Assembly (NCBI RefSeq): GCF_001194135.2
Contig: NC_069000.1
Span: 3,404,512-3,439,348, forward strand
Source of the DNA: Octopus bimaculoides
Taxonomy: Eukaryota
Reading direction: 5' to 3'
Length of the DNA: 34,837 nt
The notes under the pieces were generated by a model that had not been told where the DNA came from, did no database searches, and saw only the letters and a program-made list of their open reading frames with translations. Position numbers and translations under genes: made by a program. Shown here in pieces: positions 1 through 12,363 of the stretch; within the stretch, counting starts at the first letter, position 1, and each line of letters starts with the position of its first letter.

Positions 1-83
1 ACATTCACACAACCAATCTTCACCATGATTCTATTTATACGTGTGCTTTAAAGCACAAAACAAAAGAACAGAAAGTTACTTAC

Positions 84-167
84 CGTTCGAAAGTTTTGTT
101 TCCTCGTTGGATTTTTCACCAAGGAGGCTATTGTACAATTTCTTGCACAAATATTTCTGGAATCCCC
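84..167 (-). other. Candidate 84-nt exon, open in phase 0 (GDSRNICARNCTIASLVKNPTRKQNFRT)
   Basis: CCCTCTACCCCAACTCGGTAG| acceptor and ACG|GTAAGT donor; no homology recognised. Confidence 0.25.
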
Positions 168-372
168 CTACCGAGTTGGGGTAGAGGGATTTTATTGTGT
201 TGTGTAATGCTGGTGTTACATGATAAATTTTAATATGTTTTGGCGGTGTTGTGCGTGGGTGGTTTGTTTGTTTTGATGTCGTTATTTGTGATGTTTGTTT
301 TAGAGTTGATGTAATTCATCAGATAGATAGACCCAAACTTTTATATACGTGTATGCATATATATATATAAAA

Positions 373-408
<36 letters not shown>

Positions 409-905
409 GCACACATACATACACACAAAGAATGAGGGAGTGGAAAAGAGACGTGATAATCCGGAAAAATCATGAGAGCACAGGATAAAATACCTCGCAT
501 GGTTCATCATGCTCCGAGTTCAAACCTTCACACAAGTCAATTTTGCTTTACTTCATTAGGGAGTCATTAACGAAAGAAAAACAGATAAAATAGGTCAAAT
601 ACTGGAACATTCCACCCACTCCTTCTCTCCCTCCCCACCTCTTTCACATCCATCTAGAGCAGTGGACCTCTGATTCTTATTTTACTCTAGTGACCCCCTC
701 ATAGCCATTCAATGTTTAAAGAAGACTACGAAGCATGGCACAAACACATTCACAATAAATGTTGTAAGATATTACATATTTGTAAATACTGCTATGAATT
801 ACGTTTTTAACCCTATTCCTCCGGAGTGACTTAGCCTTGCCTAACCGATCCGTAGGAATTCGTATTATTCCGTAGATTACGGTATAACAGGGCTTCATCA
901 TGTAA

Positions 906-965
906 TGACCGCTGATGCGGAACAAGAGTACAAGCTATGATTTACCCGAAACAGCTGTCAAGACT
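906..965 (+). ncRNA. Degenerate hammerhead-ribozyme-like motif
   Basis: CUGAUGC GG...CC GAAAC AGCU GUC; palindromic stem III (ACAGCUGU) like PLE minimal hammerheads; A9 mutated, stems I and II poor. Confidence 0.4.
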
Positions 966-1838
966 ATTATGTAACTTTTGTTTATTTTGCATTCCTTTAT
1001 TCCTGTTTTGTATTCCTTATTTCATGCTCTATATTTTGTAGTCCATGTAAATATATCCATTAACCTACTTGCATTTATCTACCGTTATCCTGTGTATGTG
1101 TGTGTGAGTAGTGTTATGTTTAGAAACGATACATTGCCAGAATTTTTCGACTTAAGTCCAGTAGAGCAAACCGTTGCAAATCTTTATTAGAATGTTCGTG
1201 AAAACGAAGCAAGGACAGATAAGATGGTAATGGCTTGGAGATGCATAACTTATGAAGCCAAATCAAATATGAATATTTTGAACGTATTTTATACAAGTGA
1301 TTCAAATAATTATGCAAGTAAGAAAAAGAATTCATCTCGTACACAATACCTTCCTGAGTGCAGATATTGCAAACAATGAAGGATAAAGAAGAATTCAGTC
1401 AGTCAGACAGAGAGACAGACAGACAGACAGGGTGAGCCTTGGTATTTAAGCAAGGCCATGCGGTAACTTTAAGAATCCAAAACCATATAAAGTAGAATAA
1501 ATATAGAATGTAGGGTATTTCCAGATGTTTCTCATAAAAGAAAAAGGATTTATATTAAAATATGATGCTACTTGCATTCTTAAACGTGTCTGTGTGCGAG
1601 CGTGCATGTGTGGATGGATGGATGGATGGGTAGATAGACAGACAAAACCGTTTTGGAATGGATAATTGATAAGCTTATATTTTGATTCAGCGTTCACGAA
1701 TGGTTTGACTTTCTATCAGCTAATCTCTAGAGAAACCTAATCTTCAGAAAGGTCCTCTAACGATAATACTTTAATCTATGTCAGCACCGTCATACACGCA
1801 CAGTGGACATAGAACCACCACCACCTCACACAAACACA

Positions 1839-1870
<32 letters not shown>

Positions 1871-2229
1871 NNNNNNNNNNNNNNNNNNNNNNNNNNNNNN
1901 NNNNNNNNNNNNNNNNNNNNNNNNNNNNNNNNNNNNNNNNNNNNNNNNNNNNNNNNNNNNNNNNNNNNNNNNNNNNNNNNNNNNNNNNNNNNNNNNNNNN
2001 NNNNNNNNNNNNNNNNNNNNNNNNNNNNNNNNNNNNNNNNNNNNNNNNNNNNNNNNNNNNNNNNNNNNNNNNNNNNNNNNNNNNNNNNNNNNNNNNNNNN
2101 NNNNNNNNNNNNNNNNNNNNNNNNNNNNNNNNNNNNNNNNNNNNNNNNNNNNNNNNNNNNNNNNNNNNNNNNNNNNNNNNNNNNNNNNNNNNAGTTCAAT
2201 TTGCGATTCTGCAATCTCGGAATAAATAT

Positions 2230-2630
2230 CTTTTATCTTCTATTTATCATTAAAATACTGCCATGCTGGAGCACCGTCTTAAAGAATTTTGGTCGAAAGA
2301 ATCGACCCCCAGGACATATATTTTTTGAAGTTTAGCATTTATTATATCAGACTTAACACGTTATGTTACGGGGGTATAGACACACCAACACCGGTTGTCA
2401 AGCTCAAATGGGGGACAAAAACAGACACACACACACACTCATATATATATATACACACATATATATATATATATATATGAGGAAACAGTACAACAAAAAC
2501 CAAGGCAGGACGTATATCTCAAGTTATTTTTGTTGCTTTTTAATCAAGCATATTACTCTACCTCTTGTATTCGAGTACTATTTTCTGCATCTTGTTTCGC
2601 ATTTATGTGTTTAGTCTGGTGTGTATATAT

Positions 2631-2688
<58 letters not shown>

Positions 2689-2835
2689 GACAGGCTTCAT
2701 TCAGTTTCCATTTACAAAATCCACTAACAAGGATTTGGTGGGCCAAGAGCCATAGAAAAAGTCACTTGCCTAACATGCCATGCAGTGGGACTGAATCAGC
2801 AAACGCCTGTCCACAGAGTTACTACACTTGCGTCT
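2230..2835 (-). mobile_element. SINE family A (tRNA-derived head, CORE-like motif, internal TA/TG microsatellite), near full length, with a ~140 bp insert in its microsatellite
   Basis: Reverse-complement matches to other copies: CCATGCTGGAGCACC 3' module, ACCGGTTGTCAAGC, TTCAGTTTCC...AAATCCACT, CACTTGCC, GCAGTGGGACTGAA head. Confidence 0.8.
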
Positions 2836-3379
2836 TTTTGTTGTTTTTGTATTTATTTATTCATATATGTTTGTATTATTGTTAATGAGGTTTGGTGACG
2901 CATCTTGAAACGGTGACCTCAACGGTCAAAATACATGTAAGTATTTAGTCAGTTCTCTTTAAACCGTCGAGTGTTCGTTCGGCTGAGGTCGGCATTACCT
3001 TTCATCCGTGTGTCACGGTTAGAAATCAATATAAACCGAGATTAAATGTTCCTAAGCCTGAACGTTTCGCGGCGCTATTGTTTAATGGCTTCTTGCCAAC
3101 AAACCTGTTGTTGAGTGCGCAATGGGGTTTAACAGTTCAGTTAAAATGTAACATTGACATTCGTCTCTAATTTGGGAGAGAGAGAGAGAGATGGGGGAGG
3201 AGCGTGGCGAGTGCTAATTGACTCTCAGATAAACAGTAACATGATCGTGCAACAAGCAATAAAAAGCCTGGTTCAAAATGTAGGAAAAAATCTGTTTGTC
3301 ACTCCTATGTTATTATTATTATTACTTAATGTTCGTTTATATTTTTAAAAGACTACTTAACACACACACACACACACAC

Positions 3380-3422
<43 letters not shown>

Positions 3423-3879
3423 GTGCATCTTATGGTATAGTGAACAAGTTTTATGTTACATCATTTAAAACATGTATCGTCTTCTGCTCTATCATTATAA
3501 TCATCGCTTTTGGTGGAACACGATACATGTTGAGAGGTTCCATAAGCTTAATTGTTCAGGAGATGGGCCAAGATATATATATATATATCATAGTTCATTA
3601 CTAAATCCTAAGAGAACTCATAAATTCTATCTTTCTCACTGCTAAAAGCAGCAGCTCAGTATCCTTCAAGTTATATAGTCCTTCGTCTTTAAATAATACC
3701 AATAATTGATCTGTTAACAATAGCAGCTAAATGACCCTTAATCACAACTTGTCATGTTAAAATGATATTTATAAACGCATTTCGATAATCTTGCACAAAA
3801 TATGGCGCCTGTACTTCTCTCAACATCCAATTCGTTGCGTATCTCATAGCAGGAGAGGTAGCTATGCTACAGGACATGT

Positions 3880-4030
3880 AAAGTTACGTACCCTGTAACT
3901 TAACGCTTCGACGAAAGACACTGATGGAATAAGTATCAGGCTTAAGAAAAAGTACCGGGGTAGATTCATTCAGCTAAATTTTCTCCAGGTGGTGCCACAG
4001 CATGGCCGCTGAAACAAGTAAAAGATATAT
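3880..4030 (+). mobile_element. SINE family A, diverged 3' half
   Basis: CCCTGTAACTTAACG...GAATAAGTATCAGGCTT...GGGGTAGATTCATTC...GGTGGTGCCACAGCATGGCCGC...GAAACAAGTAAAAGA aligns to 9985-10135. Confidence 0.75.
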
Positions 4031-4959
4031 TTACGACCACATTATTAAATACGCCATCTTTGAAACGATAGCATATCATTTGAGGAAGTTTTGGCTACTA
4101 CTTTTCGACATCCTGTTGTCTGATGTAAACCCCCACCGCCATCTGGATCTTGCGTAGCATTATTGGGCGAGTCCATTCTGTTTCCTGTTAGATTTATAGG
4201 AACTAGGGTTGGGATTAAGGTTACATAAACTGACAATTTGATATGTTCCGTCCTACAACATCAAACCATATCAAAGTCGTTCAGTATTCCGCCCAATCCA
4301 TGGCTAATATCAATCCTTTGACAGTATTTATCACTCAAATATGCGTGGGATAAATATGTTTATATTATTCTACTGTTTCTATTAACAGAATGTTACACCT
4401 GTTTAACGGAGACATCTTGAATAAACTGGTTAACTTCACATTAGAACAGGTGATATATGTGTGGAGGGATGAAGTCGATGGGAATGCTGAATCTTGTGGA
4501 GATGGTGAATACGGTGGTAGTAAGCACGTTCTTGTTCAAAGTCGCACTGGTGGAATTTGACATCGAGAAAAGCGGTGGTATATAAGTGACAAGGATGTAC
4601 AAGTGTCAATGCATTACGGCTGTGCATCCTTCTTTACATTTACATTTTGTTCATCTAACTTGAAGGTGTGCGGACTATACAGAAACTGCAAGGTACTTCA
4701 ATTTAAGTACCTAATTCAACTGAATTTTAATAGTATTTTATACATATTTATATAAATTCTCATTCAAAACCGTCTAACGAACGGGTACGTGAAACTGGGT
4801 AGCAGATATTTTGCGATGTTTTTGCAGCTTTACATACATACAGATACACACACACACACACACACACTGATGCCTGCGTGAATGCAAAAGTACACAAGTA
4901 CGTAAACGCAAGTGCGTGAGCAAAGTTGGGTAGTTGACGCAGCAGCGCAGTAATAAAAC

Positions 4960-5290
4960 ACAGATGGTTGTTGGCGTTGATGATGCGATGGTGCCATTGG
5001 GCTGCCGTCGCTGGTGGTTGTACTGGAATTTATGATGGAGGGCAGGTGCGGTGGTGGTGGTGGGGATTTCAGTTTGGCACTAGTGATGAAGAATTACGAT
5101 CACTGTGCAGTGGTCGCTGTGGCAGCGGCGGCGGCGGCGATGGTTGGGAATAAGACAATCGTGATGGTGCGGGGTGGTTTCTATGCATTTTCACTATTTG
5201 TGATACTAGTTGCTTTGGTGGAGTTATTAGAAGCAGTGGTGAAAGAGATGCGGATAGCGTTGGCGGTGTCAGTGGTTGATGATTGTCGGG
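4960..5290. repeat. Degenerate (GGT/GGC/GTT)n trinucleotide tract
   Basis: G/T-rich triplet periodicity; ORFs are low complexity. Confidence 0.75.
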
Positions 5291-5315
5291 TGGATAATGT
5301 TAATGCTCTTCTCAC

Positions 5316-5337
5316 CTGTCGGGTGTAGTCACTAAAC
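5316..5337 (-). other. Candidate 22-nt internal exon
   Basis: TATACAG|GTTTAGTGACTACACCCGACAG|GTGAGA; strong donor, weak pyrimidine tract. Confidence 0.25.
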
Positions 5338-5418
5338 CTGTATACAATACGCACTGCACTATGTCGGTGTTGTTTGTTAAGGTTTTTCTCCCCCATCACT
5401 GCTTATTTTTTTAAATTT

Positions 5419-5452
<34 letters not shown>

Positions 5453-5504
5453 GTTTTTTTAAGTGAAATTATATCTGGGTGTGTTCCAGAAGCACCTACA
5501 CACA

Positions 5505-5569
<65 letters not shown>

Positions 5570-6443
5570 ACGTCAAGAAGACAACAAGGGTATTAATAAT
5601 ACCAATAACTAGAAGTAACAAGGATAGTAATAAGAGCAACACAATCTGCAGCACCATCACCATCACTTCCACCCGCACTATCGCCATCATCATCGAAAAC
5701 AGTACGACTGAAATAACCCATTCCTAAAGTGTTGCCAGGTTCTTAGCAACACCTTGAGAGGGGGAGGGCAGGACAGCAAGAGACACAGACAGCTAGAGAG
5801 AGAGAAAGAGAGTAACTGAGAAAGCGAGAGTGAGCGATACAGTTAGAAATCTATGTATATACACAAGCGCATATTCACATCTCAATATGCGCACCCTTTC
5901 AATTTATATATTACATGTAAATAAACACACAATTACTGGTATATACACCAGAGTATTAAATGTGTATACATAATTGGATCTTTCTTTGGTTTTATTTAGA
6001 ACCGGGTGCAGAAACACTGCCACGCATACATACACACATGTGTACACACATACATACATACATATATTTGAAAGACATGCATACATGCTCTTATGTGTGG
6101 AGAACTTATTCCTTCGTTCTAAACTAATGAGTCACTCTGTAGTTACTCAGATCTTTCTCGCTGTGCCTGCTCCTTCGGGGAAGCCTGAAACATCTCATAT
6201 AACGGAAAAACAAACTAATGACTGAATCATCAGCTCTTAATATATGCATGTATTTGAGTTAGAAAACAGATCTAATGGATACAAATTAATGTTTTCTAAC
6301 TGAATAAAAAATGTTTGATATCGTATGATACTCTGTATAATATATTCATTGAAGAATTATCTCTTCAATATTTAATATATTAAACCAGTGTATCTTGGAT
6401 AAACATAAATATCCCTGTAAGAGTTTCTAATATCCTCATTGTA

Positions 6444-6514
<71 letters not shown>

Positions 6515-6543
6515 GTATGTATACATACACACATTTCATACAT

Positions 6544-6580
<37 letters not shown>

Positions 6581-6804
6581 ATAGGATAGCAGAGAGATTA
6601 AGAAGCTGGTTTTGTAACCAAAAGTTTCGAGTGCATTTCAAATGGTTGTAAGTTTGAGCAAGTATCTTCTGTTATAGCAGACCAATACCTGGTGAGTGAA
6701 TCTTGTAGACGGAAACACTGTGAAAGCTTATCATATATGTGTGTGTGCGCGCGTGTGTGTGTGTCAGAGAGAGAGAGAGAGAGAAACAGAGAGAGAGAGA
6801 AACA

Positions 6805-6842
<38 letters not shown>

Positions 6843-6844
6843 CC

Positions 6845-6909
6845 CCATTGTTCGACTTAACTATTCAACGTGGTGCTCCAGCATTGCTACAGTCCAATGA
6901 AAAACTAGT

Positions 6910-6910
<1 letters not shown>
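6845..6910 (+). mobile_element. SINE family A 3' terminal fragment
   Basis: TTCGACTTAA...CGTGGTGCTCCAGCATTGCTACAGTCCAATGA matches the family 3' module. Confidence 0.6.
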
Positions 6911-6945
<35 letters not shown>

Positions 6946-7166
6946 ATAGGGGGTGCTGAAAAGTGCCTGGCTTTGGGTAAACGAAAGTACAGTAGAATCA
7001 GTTAATTATGATTTTATTGAACATATTCTTCCCCTCTCAGATTCACACATCTATTGCAGTGGTCCTTCAGTTTTTTTTCTAAACGCTGTAAAAGAACTTT
7101 GAATGCTGGACCTCCAGCCAGGTCTTTCGCGATTCTCTCAAAGCAAGGAACTTTCCAGCACTCCCA
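6946..7166 (-). mobile_element. Mariner-type DNA transposon 3' end (transposase C-terminus plus one terminal repeat)
   Basis: Minus frame ends ...LQRLEKKLKDHCNRCVNLRGEEYVQ*, resembling the mariner C-terminal KL..RW.KCV...G.Y.E motif; ~70 nt later a mariner-like terminus (+ strand TA|ATAGGGGGTGCTGAAAAGT) abuts a TA in a (CA)n tract. Confidence 0.8.
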
Positions 7167-7625
7167 CGTATATGCCTGTACGTACGTACGTACGTACGAG
7201 AATATGGTGTAAAATTTCAGATTTTTGTAATTGTCCACGTGACATTCTAGGTTCATATGTGTGTGTGTATGTGTAATGTTTGGTAAGTATTAATCGCTCT
7301 CAATCCACCCGAAAAGCAAAGTAAAAGGATAGAAACAAAGAAAGAATTAGCCATGCATTATGTTTGCACTAAACACGGTGCATACTCCTTGAAGGCATAC
7401 AGATGTTTTTACTATCATTCATACACATAATTAATACCATATTTTCACACACTCTCACACGCACAACTGTACATATGTGTTGTATTTCAATTTCATGCCC
7501 TCTAAATGCTATTTATCTAAAAACTCTTCTACATAAATATAGGTTTTCATCTTTATCTAGCCTCAAACATAAACAGATTTATATGTTTACTGAAAAACTA
7601 ACAGTCGACATACGTCATATATGCA

Positions 7626-7666
<41 letters not shown>

Positions 7667-8321
7667 CAACAAAAGAATGAATGAGACCTCGATATTATGT
7701 AAAAAAGAGGAATTTATCTATAAATATAATGTGACAATTAGCTGCTGGAGATGAAGTCTGCTCCGGCATCTCATCAGTTATTAAGACAAACCCTGGGTTT
7801 TATTATGACAACCAACTAATTGTCACATATTACATATATATATATATATACACATAGAGAGAGAGAGGGAGAGACAGAGAGGGAGAGAGAGAGGGAGAGA
7901 GAGAGAGGGAGAGAGAGAGAGAAAGATAGACAGAGACCCAGGTAAACAGATAAATAGACAAATGGAAATCAACGCAGACATAGAACTAGACACACAAAGA
8001 TAAGAACACAAATAAACAGCATCACCCCTCCTACATCTAGGAACTTGAGGCGATCTACACGTGCCTCTACCATTTCCCGCCAACACACCCGAACACCACC
8101 TCCCCAGACATTTTTCTCTTCAACACTTCCATCCCGTTTCTACCCGTTACTGACAGCNNNNNNNNNNNNNNNNNNNNNNNNNNNNNNNNNNNNNNNNNNN
8201 NNNNNNNNNNNNNNNNNNNNNNNNNNNNNNNNNNNNNNNNNNNNNNNNNNNNNNNNNNNNNNNNNNNNNNNNNNNNNNNNNNNNNNNNNNNNNNNNNNNN
8301 NNNNNNNNNNNNNNNNNNNNN

Positions 8322-8376
<55 letters not shown>

Positions 8377-8690
8377 CGCGCGTGCGTGCGTGCGTGCGTG
8401 TAGTGTTACCATAGATTTGAAAGAAGCCATATTTCAAATTCCAACTCACAGACTACATATGCGCGCGCGAGCATGTGTGTATGTGTATGTGCGTGTGTTT
8501 AATTAAGACAAAACATTCACAAATACACACACACGTTAAGTTATACGAAATTATTCTTCATGCTACTTCGATACGCATTCATGTGTGTGCATATAAGTAT
8601 GTAACATCTATGTGTATGCATACAAAGATACATATGTGAGTGTGCTCTTTGTTAGCGTGTAGACTTGCATACAAAGAGATATTCACAATA

Positions 8691-8741
<51 letters not shown>

Positions 8742-8809
8742 AAATCACGCAGATCATTCAGCATTTTTCTACAACTTTTGCGCTCACACCATTTACATAA
8801 CAGAACCCT

Positions 8810-8854
<45 letters not shown>

Positions 8855-9215
8855 CATACACACACAAATATAGAGATGTCGATAATTGCATTTATGTAGT
8901 TAAAGGCAGAAAAGCGGAGAAACACGCAAGGCGCTACATGCCGTGTGTACATTTATGAAACACTGTTAGCGGAGATAGTTAAGATGCACCTGCAATCATG
9001 CATTGTTGCACAATGAATGTGAATTGCAATAAGGAGTGGTGTTAGTGTGAAATATAGAGGGTGGTGAGGTGTGGTGGGAGAGGACTAACAAGGTATGAAT
9101 GAGATGGAAAGATGCTTTATACATATAGATATATATTTATTTATTACAGAGAGAGAGGTTGACAGAGACACAGAGAGAGAAAGACAGAAAGACAGACCGA
9201 TAGACAAAGAAAAAC

Positions 9216-9247
<32 letters not shown>

Positions 9248-9602
9248 TGAAAGAGAGATACAGATAGAGAGAGAGAGAAGCGGATTGAAGTATGAATAGA
9301 ATAAGAGTAGAAGTGTAACATATTTAACAGACTGGTATAGTGCCTTGCAAAATTATAGTGTAGCGGTTAATATAAATTCACAACTACAGAGAAATATATA
9401 TATAAGAGACGTGGAGAGTCTGAGAGAGAAAGAGAGATTTTGATAGAGAGATTTTGATAATTAGAGAGGAAGAAAGAAAGATGTGAGGATAAGTTGATAG
9501 AGACTCATGGAGACAAAAGAGAAAATGAGAGAGAAAGAGAGAGAGAGATTGAAGGAGTTCTTTTGTGATGGAAAAACAAACGTTAACCTTCCTCGTATAG
9601 AG

Positions 9603-10137
9603 AAAGCTTTGTGAATGGATTTGGTAGACGGAAACTGAAAGAAGCCCATCGTATATATGTATGTATATATATATATATNNNNNNNNNNNNNNNNNNNNNN
9701 NNNNNNNNNNNNNNNNNNNNNNNNNNNNNNNNNNNNNNNNNNNNNNNNNNNNNNNNNNNNNNNNNNNNNNNNNNNNNNNNNNNNNNNNNNNNNNNNNNNN
9801 NNNNNNNNNNNNNNNNNNNNNNNNNNNNNNNNNNNNNNNNNNNNNNNNNNNNNNNNNNNNNNNNNNNNNNNNNNNNNNNNNNNNNNNNNNNNNNNNNNNN
9901 NTGTGTGTGTGTGTGTGTGTCTGTGTCTGTGTGTGTGTTTGTCCCCCCAACATCGCTTGACAACCGATGCTGGTGTGTTTACGTCCCCGTAACATAGCGG
10001 TTCGGCAAAAGAGACCGATAGAATAAGTACTAGGCATACAAAGAATAAGTTCTGGGGTCGATTTGCTCGACTAAAGGCGGTGCTCCAGCATGGCCGCAGT
10101 CAAATGACAAAGAGTGTAAAAGAGTAAATAAAGAGTA
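9603..10137 (+). mobile_element. SINE family A, 5'-truncated, low divergence, N-gap inside its internal microsatellite
   Basis: GGATTTGGTAGACGGAAACTGAAAGAAGCCC, (TA)n, gap, (TG)n, GCTTGACAACCGATGCTGG...GGGGTCGATTTGCTCGACTAAAGGCGGTGCTCCAGCATGGCCGCAGTCAAATGA and an (AAGAGT)-like tail; closely matches 12086-12363. Confidence 0.9.
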
Positions 10138-10259
10138 ACTGCAACGAAAACAAAATCCATAACAACAACAACAACAGCAACAGGTTTATTAAAAGAAATA
10201 ACAGCAGTTTTTTATGTGATGGAATCCTGGATGTACTTTATTTATAACGAAGGGAAGGG

Positions 10260-10368
10260 ATTCAGAATGAGATGAGATGGTAGAAAAGATTGGAGGGAAT
10301 GAGAGAATAAGTGAATAAGGGACTAAGGGAATCGGAAATGTAGCGAACTTTTAATACAAACTTGGATG

Positions 10369-10412
<44 letters not shown>

Positions 10413-10422
10413 NNNNNNNNNN

Positions 10423-10461
<39 letters not shown>

Positions 10462-11042
10462 GGAGAGAAAGATAGGGAGAGAGAGAGAGAGAGAGAGAGA
10501 TAGGGAGAGAGTGATGGAGGATAAGTAGAGGGATAGTGAGATGGATATACCATCCCACGTATCTCCTCCTGTTCTGTTTAGTCCACAGTGAGAGAAAGGC
10601 GGGAGACAAAGAGAAAGAGAGAGATAAAGAGAGAGAGAGAGAGAGAAAGAGAGAGAAAGAAAACGAGAGAGACAGAGAGATATAGACAGAGAAATAAAGG
10701 GAGAGAGAGAGAGGGAGATAAAGAGCGAGAGATAGAGAGATAAATAGAGCGAGATTAGAGAGAGAGAGAGACAGAGACAGAGACTGATAGATAGATAGAT
10801 AGAATAAAAGAGTAAAAACAAATAAAGGAATTTCAAGTATTGAGAACATTTAAATGTTAGGAAGTGATAGGGTTAGAAAGAGAGAGAGAGACAAGGAACG
10901 GAATATTAGAACCAAAAACAGCAAATAGGATTACAGATCAGATAAATTCGAAATACTGCGAACTTTTCCTAAACGAGTTAGAGACAATAATAGAAGTATT
11001 CAAGATGAAGAAAGTATAAAGAAATTTAAAAACAAGTTTATT

Positions 11043-11124
<82 letters not shown>

Positions 11125-11270
11125 AAGAGAGAGAGAGAGAGAGAAAGAGAGAGGCGATGAGTGAGTGAGAAACGGTGAGCTAGAGACTGACAGAGTGACG
11201 TAAATAGAGTACTGAGAGCGAAAGAGAGTAAAAGAGAGAAGGAAAATGAAAGAGTGAGTGAAAGGAAAGA
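10260..11270. repeat. ~1 kb polypurine (GA)n-rich region
   Basis: Long pure and degenerate GA runs at 10375-10800 and 11047-11270. Confidence 0.95.
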
Positions 11271-11983
11271 TATTACTTTTTCGCAGCAGTAACTGAAAGA
11301 AGCAGACGATACAATAAAAGTAATTTAGTTTGATTGTAGAAGTTAAACTGGATGATAGTCAAGGATGTGTGTGTGTGTGTGTGTGTGTTGAGCTAATGGA
11401 ACATCTTTTCCTTAGATCTGTGTGTATATGTGGGTATGTTTCGCTTCTTTGATAGATCGTATGGCTCGGGCAGAAAGTGAAAAAATAACTAAATAAACTT
11501 TTCGCGCCTAATTTTAGAAATGGTAAGTTTTACTTTAGACGAAGGGACAAGCCAAAAACATTACATTCATTCCATTCTTACCATACGAAATATGATGTAA
11601 CTTATCCAAACTCACAAGCCTCATATCTTTATCTATACATATACATAATATAAATAAATACATATATATATGTATATATTTACGCACACACACACACGCG
11701 CGCGCCCCTTTCTACATAACATATTTTTCTACATTTGGTGATGAAAACAGAACTCAAAACATGAGTCTAGATACTTTTTCTATTATTTATAATCGGAAAA
11801 AGTTACTCAGTGGCTCAAGAGCCGAGAGTTTCGTGAATTGCTAATTTACAAAATACACAAACTCTCGGCCCGTGGATCGCTCTAACTTCTTCCAATTCTT
11901 AATCGCAAACGGGGCGCGTGCTCGTTTGGCGATACAGACAGGAATATAAAGCTGAAAAGTATCCACCCACACATGTCTGAACT

Positions 11984-12080
11984 ATTCATTGTTACAGACA
12001 TTGAACTGCGGCCATGCTGGAGCACCGCCTTTAAGAAATTATGCGAAAAAATCGACCCCAAGACTTGCTTTTTTGTTTTT
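11984..12080 (-). mobile_element. SINE family A 3' fragment
   Basis: CTGCGGCCATGCTGGAGCACCGCCTTT...AAATCGACCCCA is the reverse complement of the family 3' module. Confidence 0.85.
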
Positions 12081-12085
12081 CAGAG

Positions 12086-12363
12086 CTTGGTAGGCGGAAA
12101 ACAGAAAAGAATCCCGTCGTATATATGTATATATATATATACATGCATCTGTGTATATGTGTTTGTGTGCCTGCCCCCACCCCCACCGCTTGACAACCGA
12201 TGCTGATGTGTTTATGTCCCCGTAAACTAGCGGTTCGGCAAAAGAGGCCGATAGAATAAGTACTAGGCTTACAAACAGTAAGTCCTGGGGTCGATTTGCT
12301 CGACTAAAGGCGGTGCTCCAGCATGGGCGCAGTCAAATGATTGAAACAAGTAAAAGAGTAAAG
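12086..12363 (+). mobile_element. SINE family A, 5'-truncated
   Basis: Same body and 3' module as 9603-10137. Confidence 0.9.

Noticed and set aside
5316-5360. HSAV...FSDYTRQ looks like glucagon/VIP-family peptides
   Set aside because: Short, mis-spaced similarity, no signal peptide or dibasic processing sites; chance.
11518-11522. Plus-strand TTTTAG|AAATG|GTAAGT 5-nt microexon candidate
   Set aside because: Isolated, expected by chance in AT-rich DNA, no in-frame partner identified.
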